DNA of 64,000 bases, taken from contig JBEEIB010000008.1 in assembly GCA_041167675.1 (NCBI GenBank), positions 2,380 to 66,379 on the forward strand, given 5' to 3'. The notes beneath the pieces are model-generated. The model worked only from the letters and a program-made list of their open reading frames with translations. It was not told the DNA's origin and ran no database searches. The DNA is from Verrucomicrobiota bacterium. Its GTDB lineage: Bacteria > Verrucomicrobiota > Verrucomicrobiia > Chthoniobacterales > JAFAMB01. This document shows positions 11,147-20,037 of this stretch, in pieces. The translations under genes were made by a program, and so were the position numbers. Position 1 is the first letter of the stretch, and every line of letters starts with the position of its first letter.

Positions 11147-11215
11147 GAGAGCGGTGATTGGTGATAACGCCGAACACTGTGAGCGCGGGCAATGTTGTGA
11201 GAGGTGATTGGTGAT
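11147..11215. repeat. direct repeat GAGA(GC)GGTGATTGGTGAT, two copies 50 nt apart (GGTGATT heptamer doublets)
   Basis: GGTGATTGGTGAT occurs at 11153-11165 and again at 11203-11215, in the divergent region between the HNH and PHP genes. Confidence 0.6.
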
Positions 11216-11386
11216 CAGTACATCAAATAGCGTCCCGCTAGTCGGTGGAGATAGGAAAGCGTTCGGTTTGGCGGTCGGCGTTTTCCGTTCCCGGCGCTCG
11301 CGGCGATGTCGGCGTTCTCGGCGTTTCCTGGAGAGCGAAACAGTCGCCGCTACCGGTTGAGGGCGATTTGTGCACTATTAACCGCA

Positions 11387-12157
11387 ATGATTTGCAAAGT
11401 GGATTACCACACCCATCCCCAAGCCCATACATTGCGGCCTTATACCATCGAAGCGCTCCAGCCTTGGATCGATCGATGCCGGGAACGCAGGGTCGAGAGC
11501 ATCGCTTTCACCGATCACGATCGATATTGTGATGGAGTAGTTTTCGACGCGATCGATCGGTTACGAGATCAGAATCCGGATATCGACATCCTCATCGGCA
11601 TCGAGCTGGATAATGATCCGGTCACTTCTGAACGCGGGTTGAACTGGGTAGAGGAGAATTGGGACCGACTCGATCTTGTTCTGGGTTCAGTTCACTATTT
11701 TTTGGGCGAAGAGAGGATGTTTGATGGAGCGGATCAGAGCCGACAAATCGAACAAAGAGGCGCAGACAGAGCTTTCTCCGAATACATAGAGCAGCTCACC
11801 TCATTGCTTCGGAGAGGGCGCATCGATTGTCTCTCCCATCTCGATCTGGTAAAGATCCATGGATTTTTCCCGGAAAACTACGATGCGGCGGCCACTTTTG
11901 ACCCATTACTTGACCTGATCCGAAAAAACGATTTGGCCATCGAGATCAACACGGCCGGCTGGCGTAAGAAGGTTGGTGAGCAATATCCCGCTGCGGCAAT
12001 CGTAAAAAGGGCCGTCGCTCTGGAAATCCCGATCACCATCTCGTCGGATGCTCATTCCTATGTGCAGGTGGCCGAAGGGTACGAGCGTCTCGAAGCGTTG
12101 CTCGAAGCAGAAGGCATTACTAAGATCAGCCGCTTCTCGCGGCATCGACAGCAGTAA
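11387..12157 (+). CDS. PHP-family phosphoesterase (HisJ-type histidinol-phosphatase-like)
   Basis: PHP motifs KVDYHTHP, FTDHD, GSVHYF, SHLDLVKI and SSDAHS. Start set at ATG 11387 (MICKVDYHTH) rather than track start 11306. Confidence 0.7.
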   Translation: MICKVDYHTHPQAHTLRPYTIEALQPWIDRCRERRVESIAFTDHDRYCDGVVFDAIDRLRDQNPDIDILIGIELDNDPVTSERGLNWVEENWDRLDLVLGSVHYFLGEERMFDGADQSRQIEQRGADRAFSEYIEQLTSLLRRGRIDCLSHLDLVKIHGFFPENYDAAATFDPLLDLIRKNDLAIEINTAGWRKKVGEQYPAAAIVKRAVALEIPITISSDAHSYVQVAEGYERLEALLEAEGITKISRFSRHRQQ

Positions 12158-12208
12158 TCCTTCTGTAAACGGTAATTGGTGACCGTTGATATGCGATGTG
12201 AAATCACC

Positions 12209-12267
12209 AAGGACAGAGAGACGTGCGATCGCCCTACCGCGATGGGCGATGGCAGATCTCTGTCCTT
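12209..12267. terminator. nested hairpin between convergent genes (possible bidirectional terminator)
   Basis: AAGGACAGAGA (12209-12219) pairs perfectly with TCTCTGTCCTT (12257-12267). An inner stem ATCGCCC/GGGCGAT lies inside. A TTTT run follows on the + strand and a TTT run on the - strand. Confidence 0.4.
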
Positions 12268-12293
12268 TGCCATTTTGTGTGACCAAAAACCGA

Positions 12294-13157
12294 TCAGTGC
12301 TTGGCAATCACCATGGTAACGCCTTGGACTACGCGCTTTTCCAGCCGATCGATGGTTAGCGACAATTCTCTTTCTGCGGTTTGCAGAAAAGGATTTGACT
12401 CGTCCGTAAGAGCTACATCTAAGTGTCCCAGCTCGTTTGAACGGTTGAGCAAATTTAGCTCCTTCAGTAGTTGCGCGACGGCGATTGCGCAGTTTTCGGC
12501 CGAGTCAACCAAAGTAATCCCTTCGCCAACTAGCTCGGATATCAACGGCGCCAAAAGCGGATAGTGAGTGCATCCTAAGACCAAAGTATCTACTCCTTCC
12601 AGCAGAAGCGGATCGAGGTAGAGATGGAGAATCTCCTCGGCGATCGCTCCACGTAACATTCCTTCCTCGATCAACGGAACTAGCAAGGGACACGGTTGGC
12701 TGATCACCGTAGCGTTCGGACGCAAGGCTTGAATGGTTTGTTCGTAAGCGCCACTCGTCATCGTTGCACGCGTCCCGATGACACCAATTCTTCCCGATTT
12801 GGTCGTTTTAACCGCCGCTCGGGCACCCGGGGCAATCACCCCGATAACAGGAACTCGGAGTGTGTCTTGCAATCGGGGCAATGCCAAGGCGGTAGCGGTA
12901 TTGCATGCGACCACGATAATCTTGGCTCGTTCGGAGAGGAGCAGTCCGGCAATTTCCAGGCTGTACCTCTCAATCGTAGCCTGATTTTTTGTGCCATAGG
13001 GCAAACGCGCAGTGTCGCCGAGATAAAAGATGTCTTCGGCCGGCAAAGCCTTCCGCAACGCGTGAACCACCGTTAAACCACCGATCCCAGAATCGAAGAC
13101 ACCAACCGGCTGCGTTGTTATGTCAGCGATGGATCTCTTGGGGTAGAGAATAGACAT
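12294..13157 (-). CDS. murI: glutamate racemase
   Basis: Motifs VFDSGIGGLTV, VACNTA and GCTHYP. The track start overlaps the upstream amidase gene by 35 nt. Confidence 0.93.
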   Translation of the reverse strand: MSILYPKRSIADITTQPVGVFDSGIGGLTVVHALRKALPAEDIFYLGDTARLPYGTKNQATIERYSLEIAGLLLSERAKIIVVACNTATALALPRLQDTLRVPVIGVIAPGARAAVKTTKSGRIGVIGTRATMTSGAYEQTIQALRPNATVISQPCPLLVPLIEEGMLRGAIAEEILHLYLDPLLLEGVDTLVLGCTHYPLLAPLISELVGEGITLVDSAENCAIAVAQLLKELNLLNRSNELGHLDVALTDESNPFLQTAERELSLTIDRLEKRVVQGVTMVIAKH

Positions 13158-14265
13158 TTGACTTCAGTGGATCCCATACGGAATCCCCGGTAGCAACCGG
13201 GGGATGATCTTTTTCCGCTACTTGACCGGTTGTCCCCGGAGTAGTCCGTTCAACCGCTCGATTGTACGCCAGTACCCCCTGAAAAATCGCCTGCGCCATC
13301 ATCTGTCGATATGCCGGAGCCGCAATCCTGGCTACGTCGCGTGGGTTGCTGAGAAACCCGCCTTCGATCAGGACTCCAGGATTCCCATCGTTTTTCAGGA
13401 CAACAAACCGCGCTCGCTTGATTCCTCGATCCGGAACTCCCAACCGGGTGATTAGCGAGGCGTGCATAGCACTGGCTAACGCAATGTTTTCGGGATCCCG
13501 TACATTGCCGAGGCAAGGTTGAAAATCGGCGAGGGTCAGGGTCGGATCATTGGTTGATGGCACTCCGCGAGGCGCCAAGCAATAGGTCTCGATTCCTTCG
13601 GCGTCAGCTCGGCCACCGTAGTTGAAATGGACACTAATGAATAGTGCGTTCGATTGGTGGCTGGCAAACATAGCCCGCGTTTCCAATGGAATGAAGACAT
13701 CGGCCGAACGAGTCAGGCGAACCGTGAAACCGGATCGCGAAAATAATTCCCGCGCTCGCAAGATCACATCCAGAGCAAAATCTTTCTCATTGCCCAATGC
13801 ACTTCTGGCTCCTTGATCGAATCCACCATGGCCGGCATCAAGAATAACCGTTCGGACAGGCGCGGTCTGGATCTTAGCCGGACGTAAAACTGGCTCGACC
13901 AGTTTTGCCAAATCCATGCGCGAAATATAGAGCATCGATCCTTCCTGAATCACGGGGAAATTCAGGATGAACTTCAACCCATTCATATAAAGCTCGCGCG
14001 AATTGCTCCCGCCCTGGATCCGCAAGGTCGCACCGGACAATGACACTCGCTCGTTCGAGAAATTGGCTTGGGTGAAATTATAAAAGCGAGCCACGTCGGT
14101 GAAAGGGATGTAGTCCCTTCCACCCTGCTTGATGAGAGTCCAGTCGAAGGCGTTCACCTGGATTGCGCCTGCGAAAAATAAAGCCGCCTGAGCCACGAAC
14201 CAACCCCGCATAACGAGAGCAAGGATGATGCTCGCGATTTCGGAGATCAAGCGAGAAAATCGCAA
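13123..14265 (-). CDS. N-acetylmuramoyl-L-alanine amidase (Amidase_3 family)
   Basis: N-terminal hydrophobic anchor, then VILDAGHGGFDQGA ... ALFISVHFNYGG ... VLIEGGFLSNP, typical of the AmiA/B/C type. Confidence 0.88.
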   Translation of the reverse strand: MRFSRLISEIASIILALVMRGWFVAQAALFFAGAIQVNAFDWTLIKQGGRDYIPFTDVARFYNFTQANFSNERVSLSGATLRIQGGSNSRELYMNGLKFILNFPVIQEGSMLYISRMDLAKLVEPVLRPAKIQTAPVRTVILDAGHGGFDQGARSALGNEKDFALDVILRARELFSRSGFTVRLTRSADVFIPLETRAMFASHQSNALFISVHFNYGGRADAEGIETYCLAPRGVPSTNDPTLTLADFQPCLGNVRDPENIALASAMHASLITRLGVPDRGIKRARFVVLKNDGNPGVLIEGGFLSNPRDVARIAAPAYRQMMAQAIFQGVLAYNRAVERTTPGTTGQVAEKDHPPVATGDSVWDPLKSNVYSLPQEIHR

Positions 14266-14378
14266 CCTTGTTTTGTTAGGGTTGGAAAAGTGACGGAACG
14301 TCGTTACTGGCTGGCGATTCGCAAACGGTTATCGGAGGACCGCCTCGCTCGGTCACGAATAACTGCGACACTGATATC

Positions 14379-14613
14379 AGCGGCGACTGTCCCGTTAGCT
14401 CGCCTGCTCGCCCCAACCTAAAAATCCGAGCGGAGCGATTGGTTTACAGCAGCCTTAAATCGCAGTCGCCTTGGTATCGTTCGCCGGAAGATTGCGCTGT
14501 GGGATGATGGCAAACCGTGGCGACTGAGGCTCTAGGTCAGCGACACTTATCTCCTTCGTTCCCCGGTTTCGGCCAGGAACGCCGAAAGCGTAAGGGGACA
14601 GTCGCCGCTACCG
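14379..14613. repeat. nested inverted repeats built on CAGTCGCC octamers
   Basis: Outer 15-bp inverted repeat: AGCGGCGACTGTCCC (14379-14393) with GGGACAGTCGCCGCT (14595-14609). Inner pair: CAGTCGCC (14463-14470) with GGCGACTG (14519-14526). The 16-mer ACAGTCGCCGCTACCG (14598-14613) recurs at 11340-11355. Confidence 0.65.
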
Positions 14614-14681
14614 AGCATTCCAATGGCCCAACTATCCCTCACTAGCTATTTGTTGTTCTCGGCGTTACCGGCGTTACCACC

Positions 14682-15443
14682 TTAGCTCTCTGAACCCTGG
14701 AGCTCGTAAGCTAGGACGCTCAAACTATAAATCGATGCCGTTTCGGTCCGAAGTACGATTGGTCCGAGTGATACGGGAAGACACCCGGCGGTCTTCGCTA
14801 GAGCTGATTCAGCCGGAGTGAAGTCGCCCTCCGGACCAATCAACATTAACGTGCTGGTGGGTCGGCGGCCATGTTGTTCGCGAAAATCATGCAGGACCTG
14901 CTTGAAGCTTCGCGCGTCTCCTTGGAGCGAGGCAATGAGCGGGGCTTCATATCGATCGAATTCAGAGAAAAATCTTTTGAGCGAGACTGGCGCATCCACC
15001 GTCGGCAGCCAGTTCTGTCCGCATTGTTTCGCCGCCTCCACCACAACCTGGCGCCATTTCTCGATTCGCTTTCCGTCTTCGCCCTCGGACAACTGAACGA
15101 CTGTTCTATCAGAAATCAGCGGAACAATCCGGCTTACACCAAGTTCGGTCGCCTTCTGAATGATGAGTTCCATGTTCTTCCCTTTCGGAATCGCCTGGGC
15201 GAGGGTAACCGCACACCGGAGGGGACCGGTCTGCGTTACCTGGACCAGCGAAAGTCGAGTCTCAGACGCGCTAAAATCCTGGATCTCAGCAATCGCTTCC
15301 GTCCCTTTCCCATCGAAAACGACTACGCGTGCTCCTACGGCTAAGCGCAGCACATCCCGACAATGATGCGTCTCGTCTTCGTCCAATTTCGGCTGATCAT
15401 GAGACCAGCGTTCCGCCGGTATATAAAATCTGCGATCGCTCAC
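14682..15443 (-). CDS. rsmE: 16S rRNA (uracil1498-N3)-methyltransferase
   Basis: 253 aa. RsmE-type N-terminus (RFYIP...) and C-terminal LIGPEGDFTPAE ... LGPIVLRTETA motif. Confidence 0.9.
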   Translation of the reverse strand: MSDRRFYIPAERWSHDQPKLDEDETHHCRDVLRLAVGARVVVFDGKGTEAIAEIQDFSASETRLSLVQVTQTGPLRCAVTLAQAIPKGKNMELIIQKATELGVSRIVPLISDRTVVQLSEGEDGKRIEKWRQVVVEAAKQCGQNWLPTVDAPVSLKRFFSEFDRYEAPLIASLQGDARSFKQVLHDFREQHGRRPTSTLMLIGPEGDFTPAESALAKTAGCLPVSLGPIVLRTETASIYSLSVLAYELQGSES

Positions 15444-15452
15444 CTACTGGCT

Positions 15453-16616
15453 TTAACGGAAGAAGGCTTTCGCTTGTTCCAAGAATTTCTTGTGCATCGG
15501 GCTATTATCCTCTCCGCATAATTCCGCGAATTCTTCCAGCTTCCGTCGTTGCTCCGTGTTCAGACGGGTCGGCACTTCAACCAGAACTCTTACCCGCAAG
15601 TCCCCTTTGGCCTTGCTATCGATATTGACGATTCCGTTCCCGCGAAGACGAAATTGCGTATTGCTTTGTGTTCCTGCCGGAATCTTCAGGGTAGCCTTGC
15701 CTTGCAAGGTAGGAACAGTAATCTCACCGCCTAAGGCCGCGGTAGCAAAAGAGAGTGGTACTTCGCAATATAGGTCGTCTTCTTCTCGCGTGAATATCTC
15801 ATGTTCCCTGACATGAATTACGACGTAAAGATCGCCGGCAGGACCGCCGCGAACCCCCGCCTCACCGTTTCGGGAAGAACGCAAACGGGCTCCATTGTCG
15901 ATACCAGCCGGAATCTTCAATTTGATCCGCGAACGTTTCTCCAGACGTCCGTCGCCTCCGCAATCTCGGCATGGACGCTCGATGACTTGCCCGGTCCCGC
16001 GACATCGAGGGCAGGTCTGAGAAACCTGAAAGAACCCGCGAGCAGTAATCACTTGTCCGCGACCCTGACAGGTGGGGCAGGTCATTGCCTTGGAGCCGGC
16101 TTCGGCGCCACTGCCATGGCAACGCCCGCACGTATCGTGCTTCAGAAGCTCAACCTCTTTCTCGGTACCAAACGCCGCCTCTTCCAGTGTTATCTGTAGA
16201 TCGTAACGTAAATCCGAGCCGCGCTGCCGGCCTCCGCGATCACGCGTCTGTGATCCGCTGCCAAAAATCTGATCGAAGATTCCACCGCCAGCCGCCCCTT
16301 CCGAACCCATTCCGAAAACTTCGCGGAAGATGTCGAACGGATCATGGAATCCGCCTCCAAATCCCCCGCCACGCGGACCGGCGCCACTCGAGAAAGCAGC
16401 GTGCCCGTAACGATCGTATGCCGCTCGTTTGTCGGCATCCATGAGTACGTCGTAAGCCTCGCCAATTTCCTTAAATTTTTCTTCGGCATGCGGATCTCCA
16501 GGATTCTTATCCGGATGAAATTTAACCGCTAACTTGCGGTAGGCTTTCTTTATCTCCTCGTCAGAAGATTTGCGCTCAACGCCAAGGACTTCGTAATAAT
16601 CCCTTTTTGCGGGCAT
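15453..16616 (-). CDS. dnaJ: molecular chaperone DnaJ
   Basis: J domain with HPD ([10 protein letters not shown]), a Gly-rich linker, and four CxxCxGxG repeats ([32 protein letters not shown]). Confidence 0.97.
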   Translation of the reverse strand: MPAKRDYYEVLGVERKSSDEEIKKAYRKLAVKFHPDKNPGDPHAEEKFKEIGEAYDVLMDADKRAAYDRYGHAAFSSGAGPRGGGFGGGFHDPFDIFREVFGMGSEGAAGGGIFDQIFGSGSQTRDRGGRQRGSDLRYDLQITLEEAAFGTEKEVELLKHDTCGRCHGSGAEAGSKAMTCPTCQGRGQVITARGFFQVSQTCPRCRGTGQVIERPCRDCGGDGRLEKRSRIKLKIPAGIDNGARLRSSRNGEAGVRGGPAGDLYVVIHVREHEIFTREEDDLYCEVPLSFATAALGGEITVPTLQGKATLKIPAGTQSNTQFRLRGNGIVNIDSKAKGDLRVRVLVEVPTRLNTEQRRKLEEFAELCGEDNSPMHKKFLEQAKAFFR

Positions 16617-16619
16617 GAC

Positions 16620-17270
16620 TTAGGTCTCCGTGGGGCCGCCAGGCACCGCCTTCGGCGCCCCTTTGGACACAACAACATTAGCCGGCCGAATCAACCGGTC
16701 CCGCAGTTTGTAGCCTCTGCGGAGTTGGCGGATAACGATACCATCCGGTACCTGTTTGCTCTCTTCTTGGGAGATCGCCTCATGCAGCTGAGGATCGAAA
16801 TGCTGACCTGTAGCGTCAATCATTTCGATACCGGCTGAGGACAAAAAGTCCTGAATTTGTTTTTGCACCATTTTCATTCCCTCCAGAATCGAAACCGGAC
16901 TCGAGGCGCTGCGCGCCGCTTCCAGGCCGAACTCAAAATTATCGAGGATCGGAATCAAGCGCTCCAGAAAACTGCTATTGGCAAACTTGATCGCTTCTTC
17001 ACGTTCTTTGCTCATTCGCTTTCGGTAATTGTCTAAGTCGGCCGATGAACGAAGCGCCAAATCGCGAAACTTTTCTAGTTCCGCCTTCGTCTTAGCCAGT
17101 TGGGTCTCCAGAGCATTGATTCTATCTTCTACCATACCGCTCGCGGACGCCTTATTAGATCCGCGCCCGAATTCGGTCTCTTCGTCGCCGGCGGATTGAT
17201 TGGTATGAACTGCCTGGTCAGAGGCCGAAAAATCACGTTCTTCTCCGAGTCGATTAGTTGAATCATTCAT
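16620..17270 (-). CDS. grpE: nucleotide exchange factor GrpE
   Basis: 216 aa. Coiled-coil N-terminal half and GrpE C-terminal motif VIRQLRRGYKLRDRLIRPANVVVS. 3-nt gap to dnaJ. Confidence 0.93.
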   Translation of the reverse strand: MNDSTNRLGEERDFSASDQAVHTNQSAGDEETEFGRGSNKASASGMVEDRINALETQLAKTKAELEKFRDLALRSSADLDNYRKRMSKEREEAIKFANSSFLERLIPILDNFEFGLEAARSASSPVSILEGMKMVQKQIQDFLSSAGIEMIDATGQHFDPQLHEAISQEESKQVPDGIVIRQLRRGYKLRDRLIRPANVVVSKGAPKAVPGGPTET

Positions 17271-18703
17271 AACTTCCTAATAGCAACGAGGGTAATGTCG
17301 TCGGTTTGAGGTTGATTGCCGACAAATGCTTTAACCGTCTCCGTAACGCGGTTGACAATCGAAGCCGCGCTTTCGCCGGCGCCCGCTTGTATTACTTCGA
17401 TTAACCTTCCGATCCCAAATTCTGAACCATTCAAGTCTAGCGCTTCTGTCACACCGTCCGTGTAGAGGATCAGACAATCCCCCGGGTCAAGACGGACTTT
17501 AAAATCGGCTGTAACCCTATCGAATACGTTTCCGCTGTCAATTCCCAGGGCCATGCCTGGTGGATTCACCTTCGTCACGGTCCGATCAGCTGCCCGGAAG
17601 AGCAAGGGCGCATCGTGACCGGCACGAGCCAGCATGATTGCATCAGCCGTTTTCTGAATAACCAAGTAGGCCATGCTGATAAACATATCTTCTCTGATAT
17701 CGGGATAGAGCTGCCGATTGACTTGGCGAAGTACGCCAGCAGCAGACTCGCCCGTACTAGCCACCGACCGGAGAACGCTGCGACACATCGCCATGATCAA
17801 CGAAGCAGGAACACCCTTGCCAGAAACGTCAGCGATAGCAATCCCCCAATGATCTTCATCGATGGATATGTAATCATAATAATCGCCACTAACATGGCTT
17901 GCCGGAATATTTATGCCGGCTATCTCAAAGCCTGGAATTTCCGGAGCGCCCGCCGGCAAGAGAATCCGCTGAATATCGCGCGCTACATCCAGGTCTCGTT
18001 CCATACGCCGCTTTTCATCGGCTTCGGAGTAGACCATGGCATTATAGAGGGCAAAAGCTGACTGTTCGACGATTGATTGAAAAACCACAAAATCGGGTGG
18101 TGAAAACGGTGTACTCATTGGTCCGTTCGCAACCGCTAGCACGCCGAGGTTTTGGCGTGCATAAATGAGCGGCGCCACCATCACCGAATCGATCTGCAAG
18201 GCACTTTCTTTCAGATTTTCCAGACGTCCATTCTCATCTCGGCTCGACAAAAATACCGGCTCCCGCTTCTCCCAGACCATTCCGATCAATCCTTCATCCG
18301 GTTTGACGGTGTGCAGGCGTAAGAAACTCTCTAAGACCATCGGTGTGGTTGCACTCTGTTGGAGAATCTGTCGAGGAACATCGACCAATGGTGGACAGCC
18401 CTTGGACAAGAACGCTGGGAGCAACATTTTCCCGGAGCGATCCGCAATATAGAGCGCTCCGCCGTGGGCGTCTAAAATGCGCATTGCCCCCTCGACCATT
18501 AGCCGATGGAGATCGGCTACTCGGACGTCGCCAGTGAAAGTCTCTCCCAAACCATGGAGAAAATCAAAGACCCGACTCTCTTCCAACTGCAGTTCTTCAC
18601 GCGCCCGCTTGAGGTCCTCGATCGTCTTGGTCTGGTTTCGCAATAAAAATCCGAAAAAAACGCCGGCAACGGTCAGCAGTCCTATGAGCAGGACACAAAG
18701 CAT
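17267..18703 (-). CDS. membrane-anchored GAF-domain PP2C (SpoIIE-family) serine phosphatase
   Basis: N-terminal TM helix and a GAF-like middle. PP2C motifs SGDYYDYI, IADVSGKGVPASLIMA, LYTDGVTEA and TDDITLVAIR. Overlaps grpE by 4 nt (ATGA). Confidence 0.88.
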   Translation of the reverse strand: MLCVLLIGLLTVAGVFFGFLLRNQTKTIEDLKRAREELQLEESRVFDFLHGLGETFTGDVRVADLHRLMVEGAMRILDAHGGALYIADRSGKMLLPAFLSKGCPPLVDVPRQILQQSATTPMVLESFLRLHTVKPDEGLIGMVWEKREPVFLSSRDENGRLENLKESALQIDSVMVAPLIYARQNLGVLAVANGPMSTPFSPPDFVVFQSIVEQSAFALYNAMVYSEADEKRRMERDLDVARDIQRILLPAGAPEIPGFEIAGINIPASHVSGDYYDYISIDEDHWGIAIADVSGKGVPASLIMAMCRSVLRSVASTGESAAGVLRQVNRQLYPDIREDMFISMAYLVIQKTADAIMLARAGHDAPLLFRAADRTVTKVNPPGMALGIDSGNVFDRVTADFKVRLDPGDCLILYTDGVTEALDLNGSEFGIGRLIEVIQAGAGESAASIVNRVTETVKAFVGNQPQTDDITLVAIRKL

Positions 18704-18712
18704 GGAGCGGCG

Positions 18713-19237
18713 CTACTTGGACGCCCCCGCACGAAGATCCTGTTTGAGATACTCCAGGACATCCTTGAATCGTGCGAAGTTTTCCGGGTCTGCATCAACC
18801 AAGGCTTCGTGCGCCTCGATCATACAGGCAGCGTGATCCAATCGACTGAGGTCACCATCGGAAGAAAGCGTCGACTCGGCGCCTGTCTGGTTGGCCACGT
18901 CCGCCTTCGACTCGACCGTGAAAAGGTTATTTAACCCAAGGTTCCGAAGTAAATCAGCATTACGTTCGTTCACGTTGCAAACCAGTAAGGAACCGTTACC
19001 GGACTCTCGCAAACGCAAAGCGAGACCAGCCAGTGTTCCCATGAACGTAGAATCCATAACCGGGCATTCGGCGAGATCGATCACAAATGCACGGTGACCT
19101 CGCTCGAACATCTCTCTCGCAAATTCCTTCAGGGCAGGACTATTTTGAAAAGAGCCCTTCCCTCTCACCTTTACATAAACGGCTTTCCCGGTAACCCCTA
19201 CCAGTATGGAAGCTGGTAAACTCACAGACTTTCTCAA
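18713..19237 (-). CDS. STAS-domain protein (anti-sigma-factor antagonist-like) with C-terminal extension
   Basis: SpoIIAA-like core VIDLAECPVMDSTFMGTLAGL ... LLVCNVNERNADLLRNLGLNNLF, followed by a tail of about 60 aa. 9-nt gap to the PP2C gene. Confidence 0.75.
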   Translation of the reverse strand: MRKSVSLPASILVGVTGKAVYVKVRGKGSFQNSPALKEFAREMFERGHRAFVIDLAECPVMDSTFMGTLAGLALRLRESGNGSLLVCNVNERNADLLRNLGLNNLFTVESKADVANQTGAESTLSSDGDLSRLDHAACMIEAHEALVDADPENFARFKDVLEYLKQDLRAGASK

Positions 19238-19286
19238 TATACCCAGTTTGATCTTTTGCTGTCAAATACTCGAGCCGGGAACTTGA

Positions 19287-19811
19287 CTATTGCCATATCC
19301 TGGACTGGAGCAAAGCCACGATCACATTGTTTTCTATCAAAACCGCGCGCCATGCAGTGATCGGGCCATCTTGCGAATAATCATCGCCCACAATCGCAAA
19401 TTCTGAAGTGTAATTCCCCCGCGCCGCCGGATAATCGCGTTCTCTCGCCTGGACGTAATTCTTCAAATTGGCTTGTCGGTACTCGAGACGCAACGTGAGA
19501 TCGGCCGGATGTTTCGCTCTCCAAAAGAACGTAAAATATTGCCCAATACGTTGATGTGCATCAATCCCATCGATTGCCCCCCACAATCGACGCTTGCGCT
19601 CAAAGAGAATTGCTAGCTCGCGAGTTGGTTGTGGCGTAGCGCCAGGGCGAGGCGCCGCATTTCGAAAAATGTCAAACTTGCGAAATTCAAAATCGTCGTT
19701 CAAAGCCAGCGGGAGAACGTTAGCCTGAGGAATGGGCTGCGGGTTCTCCGCGCAAACAGGGGCTATCGTCGCAACTAAGCCGATCGACCCAGCGAACCAC
19801 AGCCTTTTCAT
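19287..19811 (-). CDS. secreted hypothetical protein
   Basis: 174 aa with a signal-peptide-like N-terminus (MKRLWFAGSIGLVATIAPVCA). No family recognised. Confidence 0.55.
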   Translation of the reverse strand: MKRLWFAGSIGLVATIAPVCAENPQPIPQANVLPLALNDDFEFRKFDIFRNAAPRPGATPQPTRELAILFERKRRLWGAIDGIDAHQRIGQYFTFFWRAKHPADLTLRLEYRQANLKNYVQARERDYPAARGNYTSEFAIVGDDYSQDGPITAWRAVLIENNVIVALLQSRIWQ

Positions 19812-19943
19812 ATTTCGTTCATCAAACCTCGCATACCGATTTGCAGATATTCATCGCTCGCGTCTAGACATCGGTGTGTGCTTCTACCTACGAGGCGACG
19901 CGCCACCGTGTCAATAGTTTGGGACCGATCGATTACAGAACTG

Positions 19944-20006
19944 TCATTCGATTAGTCCATTGCGGATTGCGAATTTTGGATTTCGCGTTCCGCACTCCGC
20001 TATTGG
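19944..20006. repeat. nine-unit heptamer array, consensus (C/G)ATTNCG
   Basis: TCATTCG ATTAGTC CATTGCG GATTGCG AATTTTG GATTTCG CGTTCCG CACTCCG CTATTGG. The array ends 32 nt upstream of the ligase ATG. Confidence 0.7.
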
Positions 20007-20037
20007 CCACAATGATGCATATTTGGGCCTTACCTGA

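Noticed and set aside
14266-14681. RNase P RNA, tmRNA, SRP RNA or 6S RNA in the long ORF-free gaps (also 44488-44887, 48488-49328 and 57174-57581)
   Set aside because: I could find none of the hallmark strings I know (GAGGAAAGTCC-type P4, a tRNA-like GGTTCGA T-arm with CCA end, or the SRP GGAA tetraloop helix context) on either strand. Covariance-model searches are needed to be sure.
19812-20037. Search for a CIRCE (HrcA) operator or sigma-32-type heat-shock promoter upstream of the grpE-dnaJ operon
   Set aside because: I saw no TTAGCACTC-N9-GAGTGCTAA-like inverted repeat here or directly upstream of grpE. The absence is noted in the operon finding rather than claimed as a feature.
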